DNA of 64,000 nt from Squalus acanthias (taxonomy: Eukaryota), in assembly GCA_030390025.1 (NCBI GenBank), contig CM059425.1:175524001-175588000 (forward strand), read 5' to 3'. Numbering within the stretch: the stretch's first letter is position 1; every line of letters begins with the position of its first letter. Below the pieces are notes generated by a model. That model was not told the origin of the DNA, ran no database searches, and saw only the letters and a program-made list of their open reading frames with translations. Position numbers and translations under genes: made by a program. Shown here in pieces: positions 52,001 to 61,549 of this stretch.

Positions 52001-53498
52001 GTTGGCACCTCATTTTTAGGTACGCCTGATGCTGCTCCTGGCATGCTCTTCGTATTTTCCTTATTGAACCAGGGTTGGTCCCCTGGCTTGATGATAATGG
52101 TAGAGTGAGGGATATGCCGGGCCATGAGGTTACAGATTGTGGTGGAATACAATTCTGCTGCTGCTGCTAATGGCCCACAGTGCCTCATGGATGCTCAGTT
52201 TTGAGCTGCTAGATCTGTTCTGAATCTATCACATTTAGCACGGTGGTAGTGCCACACAACACAATGGAGGGTGTCCTCAGTGTGAAGACGGGACTTCGTC
52301 TCCACAATGACTGTGCGACCAATACTGTCATGGACAAATGCATCTGCGACAGGTTGATTGGTGAGGACGAGGTTTCAAGTAGGTTTTTCCCTCTTGTTGG
52401 TTGTCTCACCACCTGTCGCAGGCCCAGACTGGCAGCTATGTCCTTCAGGACTCGGACAGTAGTGGTGTTACCGAGCCACTCTTGGTGATGGACATTGAAG
52501 TCCTACACCCAGAGTATATTCTGTGCCCTTGCTACTCTCAGTGCTTCTATCCAAGTGGTGTTCGACATGGCAGAGTACTGATTCATCAGCTGAGGGAGGG
52601 CAGTAGGTGGTAATCAGCAGGAGGTTTCCTTGCCCATGCTTGACCTGAAGCCATGAGACTTCATGGGGTCCGGAGTCAATGTTGAGGACTCCCAGGGCCA
52701 CTCCTTCCCGACTGTATACCACAGTGCCACCACCCCTGGTGGGTCTGTCCTGCCGGTGGGACAGGACATACCCAGGGATGGTGATGGAGGAGTTTGGGAC
52801 ATTGGCTGAAAGGTATGATTCTGTGAATATGACTATGTCAGGCTGTTGCTTGACTTGTCTGTGGGACAGCTCTCCCAATTTTGGCACAAGTCCCAGGGTT
52901 GACTGGGCCGTTGCCATGTCCGTAGCGGTCCGTCCAGTTTCATTCTTATTATTTTGTTTTGTAGTGGTTTGTTACAACTGAGTGGCTTGATAGGCCATTT
53001 CAGAGTCAACCACATTGCTGTGGGTCTGGAGTCACATATAGGCCAGACCAGGTAAGGATGGCAGATTTCCTTCCCTAAAGCACATTGGTGAACATTAGAT
53101 CACATGGTTTCGGGTGGGGTGGAGTGTATATGTTGTGATACACAAGGTATCGCAATTGTGTGGGACAGGCACAATGGACCAGATGATTTTTACCTGTCTG
53201 TCATTGTTTGTATGTATGACTTAACCTTTTTAAGCATAATTCCAACAGAGAACTTGTCAAACTTCTGAAAACCACTAACAAACCAATTTACTTACCTCTT
53301 TCGTGATGGGTTTTTACGACAATCCGATAGTTTCATGGTTACCATTACTGATACTAGCTTTTTATTCCAGATTTATTTAATTAACTGAGTTTAAAGTCCC
53401 CAGCTGCCGTGGTGGGATTTGAATTCACGTCTACTGGGTCATTAATCCAGGCCACTGGATTACTAGCCCAGTGACATTACCACTACACTACCATTCCC
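49100..53498 (-). mobile_element. Single-ORF LINE, copy 3, reaching its tRNA-like 5' end and interrupted by a solo LTR and a ~210-bp insert
   Basis: Tail at 49100, RT/APE pieces at 50612-52917, and a 5' head with A-box and B-box-like motifs at ~53415-53490. Confidence 0.9.
49517..50607 (+). mobile_element. Solo LTR (1091 bp)
   Basis: TGTA...TACA termini, 4-bp TSD AGAT (49513-49516 and 50608-50611), TATAAAA at 50134 and AATAAA at 50451. It cleanly interrupts the LINE. Confidence 0.88.
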
Positions 53499-53518
53499 AT
53501 ATATATATAAATATATAT

Positions 53519-55529
53519 CTTCTTAGGCAGTCCCTCGGAAACGAGGATGACTTGCTTCCACATTAATAATGAGTTCTCAGGTGACTGATGAGTCCAATGC
53601 GGGACCTACAGTCTCTGTCACAGGTGGGGCAGACGGTGGTTGAAGGAGCAGGTGGGTGGATCCTGGTCTTCAAACACTCTCTTCCTCAGGCGACCGAAGG
53701 CTGCACTGGCACACTGAAGGCGGTGTTGGACTTCATCATCGACATCTGCCCTTGTTGACAGTAGGCTCCCGAGGTATGGAAAGTGGTTCACGTTGTCCAA
53801 GGCCTCGTCGTAGATTTTGATAATCGGGGGGCAGTACTGTGTGGCGGGGCAGGTTGGTAGAGGACCTTTGTCTTACGGATGTTTAGTGTAAGGCCCATGC
53901 TCTCGTACGCTTCGGTGAAGGTGTTGACGATGGTTTGGAGTTCGACCTCAGAGTGAGCGCAGACGCAAGCGTCATCTGCATACTGTAATTCGACGACAGA
54001 GGATGGGATGACCTTGGATCTGGACTGGAGGTGACGGAGGTTGAACAGTTTCCCGTTTGTTCTGTAAATTAGCTCCACTCCAGCGGGGAGCTTACTGAGG
54101 GTGAGATGGAGCATTGCAGCAAGGAAGATCGAGAAGAGCGTTGGTGCGATGACACAGCCTTGCTTGATCCCAGTCTGTACGTGAATTGGGTCTGTGGTGG
54201 AACTATTGGTCAGGATCATGGCTTGCATGTTGTCATGAAGCAGGCGGAGGATGGTGACAAACTTTTGAGGGCAGCCGAATTTGAGGAGGACACTCCATAA
54301 TCCCTCACGGTTGACAGTGTCGAAGGCCTTTGTGAGGTCAAAGAAGTCCATGTACAGCGGTTGGTGCTATTCCCTGCATTTCTCTTGTAATTGACGCGCG
54401 GTGAAGATCATGTCCATTGTGCCCCTTAGTGGGCGGAATCCGCATTGCAACTCTGGGAGGAGCTCTTCAGCCACTGGGAGAAGGCGATTGAGGAGGATTC
54501 TTGCGATGACTTTCCCTGTGGCAGACAGCAGGGAAACTCCTCTGTAATTACCGCATTCGGACTTGTCACCTTTCTTGAAGATGGTCACAATTACGGCATC
54601 TCTGAGATCCCCTGGCATGCTCTCCTCCTTCCAGATAAGAGAAATGAGTTCATGAATTTGCACCAGTAGTGCTTCTCCACCATGCTTTAGTGCCTCGGCA
54701 GGGATTCCATCTGCTCCTGAGACCTTGTTGTTCTTCAGTTGTTGGATGGCCTTTTCAACCTCATGCCGGGCTGGGGTTGTGCTGAGGTGGTGGCGGGTAG
54801 CATGCTGCAGGATGGAGTTGAGGACACTCGCGTCGAAGACAGAGTCTCGGTTAAGGAGATCTTCAAAGTGCTCCTTCCAGTGGGCACTGACTGCCTCCCT
54901 GTCCTTGATGAGTACCTCTCCGTTCTTGGCCCGCAGTGGGGTAGGACCTTGGGTGCTTGGGCCGTAGGTAGTCTTGACTGCGCTAAAGAATCCACACATG
55001 TCGTGGTTGTCGGCTAGCTGCTGGATCTCCTGCGCTTTCTCCACCCACCATCTGTTCTTTAGGTCGCAAGTTTTTTGTTGGACCTTGGCTTTCAGGCGTC
55101 TGTAGAGCTGCTTTCTTGCTCTCGAGTTCTGTTGCTGTTTCCAGATCAGGAATGCCTTGCGCTTGCGGCTTATTAGCTCCTGGATCTCCTGGTCGTTCTC
55201 GTCGAACCTGCCTTGGTGTTTCCTGGTCGAGTAACCGAGTGTCTCTTCACAAATGCTGATTATGGAGGCCTTGAGTGCAGACCAGGCGCTGTGGACACTC
55301 TGTATCTCTGAATCACTGGGAGTCGTCAGGTTGGTTGTGAGGCGCAGGCTGAATAGGGCTTTCTTAGCGGGGTCTTTGAGTGCTCCAGCGTTGATTTTCC
55401 TGCGGCATTGTTTCTGTTGCCACCGCTGTTTTGGGGCTACATTGATGGAGATGTCAGAGCGGATTAGGCGGTGGTCTGTCCAGCATTCGTCAGCTCCTGA
55501 CATGGCGCGGGTGATACGGACGTCCTTGC
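53519..55529 (-). mobile_element. RTE-clade LINE, 5'-truncated and internally deleted, with a 12-bp TSD
   Basis: DLTKAFDTVNREGLW, GIKQGCVIAPTLF, YADD and a C-terminal CPTC..H...H motif. ATAAATATATAT occurs at 53507-53518 and 55530-55541. Confidence 0.9.
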
Positions 55530-56732
55530 ATAAATATATATGGCAAAAAAACCATGATTGTCTTTAACAGAAAAATCAATAAGTAACATCACAACACAAG
55601 GAGGAGCGGCAGGGGTAAGTTACAGATAAGTATTTAGTTTATTGGTTACTGTTTTTGGTGGTTAGTGTTAAGTTAGTGCAAGTATTTAGTTTATTAGTTA
55701 GTGTTTTTAGCAGTGGTTAGTGTTTTTTGTGGTTAGAGTATTTTTTTAGTGGTTAGATTTTTAGTGTTAGCTAAACAGTTAAATAGCCTTAAAGCTAAAT
55801 TAAAAAAAAATAACTGTGAGCTAACATGGCAGGACAGCTGGGGCCCGTCGCACGAACATCCTGTGCCATGTGGGATCTCCAGAACACTTTGTGTGTCCTG
55901 GAAAACCATATATGCAGGAAGTGCCACCAACTGCTCGAGCTCGAGCTCAGAGTTTCTGAGCTTGAGGAGTGGCTGGCGTCACTACAGTACATACAGGAAG
56001 CTGAGAGTTCTGCGGCTAGTATGTTTCAGGAGGCGGTCATCCCGCAGCTGCAGAGAGTTCTGGAGGAGAAGGAGTGGGTGAACACCAGGCAGACTGGGAA
56101 GAACAAGTAGGCAGTGCAGGAATCCCCTGACAGTGTGGCACTCACAATCCGGTATTCAGTCTTGAATACCAGTGAGGGCGATGACACCTCGGGGTGGTGC
56201 AGTCAGAAGAAAGTCCATGGCACCGTGGAAGACCCGGCTGCACATGGGGCACAAGAAAGTGTAGAAATTCAGTTGTTATAGGGGATTCAGTAGTCGGGGG
56301 TTAGACAGGCATTTCTGTAACTGCAGACTCGAGTCCAGAATGGTGTGTTACCTCCCTGGTGTCAGGGCAAAGGATATCACTGAACGGGGCAGGACATTTT
56401 GCGACGGGAAGGGGAACAGCCAGAAGTCGTGGTCCATGTTGAAACCAATGACATAGGTAGGAAAAGGGTTGAGATCCGACAGGCAGAGTTTCAGGAGCTA
56501 GGAAAAAAGATTAATGAACAGGACCTCACAGGTGGTAATCTCTGGATTACTCCCAATGCCATGTGCTAGTGAGTACAGAAACAGGAAGATAGTGCAGGTG
56601 AATGCGAGGCTGGAGAAGTGGTGCTGGAGGGAGAGATTCAGATTCCTGGGGCATTTGGACCAGTTCTGGGGTAGGAGGGACCTGTACAAGCCGGACACAT
56701 TGCACCTGATTAGGGCTGGGATCTAATTTACT

Positions 56733-56775
56733 TCACCTGAGGAAGGAGCAAATCGATAGCTCCGAAAGCTTGTGA
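56733..56775 (+). ncRNA. Minimal type I hammerhead ribozyme motif within a Penelope-like fragment (~56727-56866)
   Basis: TCAC-CTGAGGA-A-GGAGC[loop]GCTCC-GAAA-GC-TT-GTGA: helix I, conserved core, helix II and a palindromic AGCT helix III. Confidence 0.65.
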
Positions 56776-57429
56776 TTTCAAATAAAACTGTTGGACTATA
56801 ACCTGGTGTTGTGCGACCTCTCAATTTTGTCCACCCCAGTCCAACACCGGCATCTCCGCATCATGACTAATGTCCTTGCCAGGAGGTTAACTAGTGCTGT
56901 GGGGGAGGGGCACCAAGCCACAGCTGCAGAGAGGAGGGACAAAGTGCATCGAAAACTAGGAGGGACAAACAGAACAAAGAATAGTGTAGAAAGAGCATGA
57001 ATTAAATTGAGGATAAAAAGCAGAGCTGACTAGCATGGTGCTGGGATGCATGTGTGTTAATGCAAGGAGTTTTACAAGTAAGGTTGATGAGCTACAGGTG
57101 CAAGTTGCCACATGGGGTTATGATATACTGGTTATAACGGAGACCTGGCTTAAACATGGGCAGGAATGAGAATTAAACATTCCTGGCTACAATGTATTCA
57201 GGAAAGATAGGGAAGGGGGTGTGGGCGGGGTGGCGGTATTGATCAAGGATAGTATTACAGTTCTACAGAGGAACGACATACTGGAGGGTTCAAAGTCTGA
57301 ATCTATTTGGTTAGAGTTAAGGAACAGAAAAGGAGCTGTTACAGTGCTGGGTGTTTACTATAGACCCCCAAATAGTGAGAAGGAAATAGAGGAGCAAATC
57401 TGTAGTGTAGGCAAATTTCAGAGAAATGG

Positions 57430-58110
57430 AAATGGAATCTTACAGCACAGTAGGAACTCATTCGGCCCGTCGTGCCTGTGCCGTCTCTTTGACAGAGCTG
57501 TCTGATTTAGCCCCACACCCCAGCTTTTCCCCATAACCCTGCAAATGAGTTCTCTTCAAGCACATGTCCAATTGCCTTTTGAAAATTCCTATGGAATCTG
57601 ATTCCACCTCCCTTTCAGGTCGTGCGTTCCAGTTCACAACAGCCCTCTGTGTGAAATTATTTCTCCTCATTTCCCCTCTAGTTCCGTTGCCAATTATTTT
57701 AAATCTATGACCTCTGGTTACTGACCCACTTTCCAGAGGAAACAGTTTCTCACTACTTGCTCTATCAAAACACCTCATAATTTTGAATACGTGTATTAGG
57801 TCTCACCTTAACCCTCTCTTTTCTAAAGAGAACAATCCCAGCTTCTCCAATCTCTCCACATAACTGAAGTCCCACATCCCTGGTATCATCCTGGTAAACC
57901 TCCTCTGTACCCTCTCCAGAACCTTGACATCCTTCCTAAAGTGTGGTGTCCAGAATTGTACACAATACTCCAGCTGAGGCCTAACCAGTGATTTGTAAAG
58001 TTTGAGCATGACTTCCTTGTTTTTGTATTCAATGCCCCTATTTACAAAGCAAAGTATCCCGTACGCTTTCTTAACTGCCTTAACAACTTGCCCAGCTACC
58101 TTCAAGGATT
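57430..58110 (-). mobile_element. CR1 3' fragment nested in the + strand CR1
   Basis: ORFs 57458-57778 and 57803-58105 encode the CR1 ORF2 C-terminus. Confidence 0.88.
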
Positions 58111-58254
58111 AGTGAAGAAATGTAAAAATAATAGAGCAGTAATAATAGGGGACTTCAATTACCCGAACATAGACTAGAGGAAAAACAGAGTAAAGGGCAA
58201 GGAGGGTAAAAAATTTGTAAAATGTGTACAGGAGAACTTTCTTAATCAGTATGT

Positions 58255-58530
58255 TTTACCTACAAGATGCACTGCAGCAACTCGCCAAGGCTTCTTCGAC
58301 AGCTGTCACACACCATCCTGACTTGGAAATATATCGCCGATCCTTCATCGTCGCTGGGTTAAAATCCTGGAACTCCCTCCCTAACAGCACTGTGGGAGTA
58401 CCTTCACCACATGGACTGCAGCGGTTCAAGAAGGCGGCTCACCACCACCTTCTCAAGGGCAATTATGGATGGGCAATAAATGCTGGCCTTGTCAGTGACG
58501 CCCACATCCTAGGAACGAATAAAAAAAGTT
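58255..58530 (+). mobile_element. 3' tail fragment of the single-ORF LINE family nested in CR1
   Basis: Same tail sequence as the other copies. The host CR1 resumes at ~58530. Confidence 0.85.
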
Positions 58531-60272
58531 TCTAGCCCACGAGGAAGGAAGCAGTGCGGGATCGAGTTCTGGGGAATGAAGTAGGGCAAGTGGAGTGTGT
58601 TTCAGTGGGGAATATCTGGGTAATAGTGATCATAATATAATTAGGTTTAAAGTAATTATGGAAAGGGAGAAAGAAAAATCAAAAGTGAAAATACCAAACT
58701 GAAAGAGAGTCAATTTCAGTGATTTGAGAAGAGATCTCATACAGGTGGAGTGGAAAAAAGATTGGCCTGGCAAACAGTAAATGAGCAATGGCAGGCCTTC
58801 AGGGCGGAAATAGTTTGGATACAAACCAAGCATATTCCCATAAGAAGGAAAGATGGAGCATCCAAAGCTAGAGCTTCATGGATGACAAAGGAAATAGAGG
58901 TTAAAATAAAACAGAAAAAGGAGGTTTATGAAAAATATCAGGTACAGAATACAATCGAAAACCAGGCAGAATACAGAGAGTGCAGGGGGGAATTGAAAAA
59001 GGATAGACAAAGGGCAAAGAGTGAGTATGAAAAAATATTAGCGGATAACATAAAAAGGAACCCAAAAATCATTTATAAACATTTAAAAAGTTAAAGGAAT
59101 GGTGGGGCTGATTAGGGACAAGAAAGGAAATCTTCTTGTGGAGGCAGAGGGCATGACTGAAGTACTGAATGAGTACTTAGCATCGGTCTTTACAAAAGAA
59201 GAGGATGAAGTTAATGTCGCAGTAGAGGTGGAGGGAGTAGAGATATTGGATAGAATAAAAAGAGAGAGAAAGGAGGTGCTAAATAGGTTGGTATCACTCA
59301 AAGTTAACAAATCACGTCGGTCCAGATGGGATACATCCTTGGTTGTTGAGGGAAGCTAGGGTGGAGATAGCAGAAGCTCTGACCACAATCTTTCAATCCT
59401 CCTTGGATATGGGAATGAATCCAGAGGATTGGAGGATTGCAAATGTTACACCCCTGTTTAAAAAAGGGGAGAGGGATAAACCTGGTAACTACAAGCCAAT
59501 CAGTCTAACATCAGTGGTGGGAAACCTACTAGACCATTGTCAAGGACAAAATTAATTCTCACTTGGAGTAGCAAGGGTTAATGAGGGACAGCCAGCACAG
59601 ATTTGTTAAATGCAAATCATGTCTGACTAACCTGATTGAGTTCTTTAATAAAGTAACAGAGAGGGTTGATGAAGGTAGTGCAGTAGATGTTGTATATTTG
59701 GACTTTCAAAAGGCATTTGATAAAGTACCACATAAGAGACTTATTCGGAAAATAAAAGCATGTGGTATTAAAGGGGCGGTGGTAACTTGGGTACTTTTAA
59801 TGGATTTCCCGTTGGTTACGGTCGCAACAAAGGGTTGCTCATCCTGCAACAATAACCTCTGCATGATTCAGGCCTGGGTGGTTTTAAACAACAAGCTTTA
59901 ATATAAATTGACTAATAACAGTATTGTTCTTATACAACTGTTCTATCGTATTACATTAACTGTCAAGCAATTAATACAACCTGTTTCCTCCACGAAGTCC
60001 AAGCTGATCCAACTTGCACCTTCATGGGCTACCGTTAAGGCAAAAGGACTTCCGACTGTCCATCAGAGCGTTCGAACTTTTGGAGGGAGCAGGTTCTACC
60101 GTTATACTATTTGGCTACCTTGGGCTGCACATATTCATAACAGTATCCCACCAAGCTGACACCACACTGAGCTGTTTACGCAATATCCTAATCCCCTCTC
60201 CAACTCTGTCTTGCAGACTTGTTATTGTTCTCTCCTCTTATCTGTAAGTGTTTGGTTCTTTACATGTAATCA

Positions 60273-60498
60273 TAATACGCAGCGAGTGGTGAGGACCTGG
60301 AACTCGCTGCCGACGGAAGTGGTGGAAGCGGAGACACTCAATGTTTTCAAGGGGAGACTGTATAGGCACTTGAGGGAAATAAACTTGCAGGGCTATGGGG
60401 ATAGAGCGGGGGAATGGGACTGACTGGATTGCTCTACAGAGAGCCGGCACGGACTAGATGGGCCGAATGGCCTCCTTCGGTGCCGTTATGACTCTATG
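60273..60498 (+). mobile_element. Short CR1 3' tail, same subfamily as 15050-19315
   Basis: Nearly identical to the reverse complement of 15050-15255. Confidence 0.85.
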
Positions 60499-61109
60499 AG
60501 CAGCCCACTTATGGCCTTGCATGTTAGGTATGTGGGTCTCCTAGCAACTAATCTCTTATCTAAGTATGGACCGCCTCTTGATCTGGGTGTTTATCATCAT
60601 TCTGCAATTTCAGTATTCTCTGTCTTTGTGTATCCAAGCTGTCTTTTGTTCACACACAGGCAAGATTCGTCCCCCCTCCCTTCCCTCCCCCCCTTCTCCG
60701 TATTCGCTGTCTGGCTAAAATGCTGGAGCAAAGCAAGCTGGGATACCCCGATCATTTGGGTAACTTTTAAATATTCTAATAGGTCCATAATTGGCTAATG
60801 AATAGGAAGAAGAGTTGTGGTGAACATGTTTTTCTGACTGGAGTGAAGTATGCAGTGGGATCCCCAGATGTCGGGATTAGGACCATTGCTTTTCTTGTTA
60901 TATATAAATGACCTGGACTTGGGTATAGGGAGTACAATTTCAAAGTTTGCGGATGATACAAAACTGGGCAACGTAATAAATAGTGAGCAGGATTATACAG
61001 GCTTAAGGAGTACATAGACAGACTGGTTAAATGGGCAGACACATGTCAGATGCAATTTAATGCAGTTAAGTGTTGTAGAGATTAACTTATCTCTCTGATC
61101 TTTCAAATA

Positions 61110-61463
61110 CAGGAAACTCTTTCGTATCTGGCACCGACGGACCGGGATGGTTCCGATTGATTAAAATCTCCGGATAACGGAGAGGTATATCTACCGAGGC
61201 TATTTTTAACAAAGAAAAACAAAAAAATCAAGAAATGTGCAGTATAATTGGGTACTCCCCTACAGAATGTTGTGTTAAATGGATGGTGGAAGATGCTTGA
61301 TTAAGTACAGTAATGCCAGTTGAGGGTAATCCATAACTCTTTAATTACTTAACAGTAAAACAAAACTTATAAACGACTGTATACTGTAGTTTTCGGAGTA
61401 TGAATTCTGCCGGTTATTGGAGAATTCCGGATATTTAGGTGCCGTTTAAACGAGAGTTTCCCG
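61110..61463. mobile_element. Tc1/mariner (Tigger-like) MITE
   Basis: TA on both sides and imperfect TIRs CAGGAAACTCTTTCGTATCTGGCACC / GGTGCCGTTTAAACGAGAGTTTCCCG. Confidence 0.65.
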
Positions 61464-61549
61464 TAATCAGGATCAAGTGCAAACTAATATGGTGGGTATA
61501 TTGTGTTTGATCGGACCTAACTGGTTCTGTAAGGTAAAATATGCAATAT

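Larger units (their letters stand above)
55590..61072 (+). mobile_element. Old full-length CR1 carrying multiple nested insertions
   Basis: ORF1 start MAGQLGPV at 55826, then esterase, APE and RT fragments in order up to ~61070. Confidence 0.88.

Noticed and set aside
53075..53300. Possible intron in the LINE 5'UTR (- strand AG|GTAAGT ... CTAAT ... TTTAG)
   Set aside because: The donor comes from the captured flank and the boundaries do not match the insert. Probably coincidental without RNA data.
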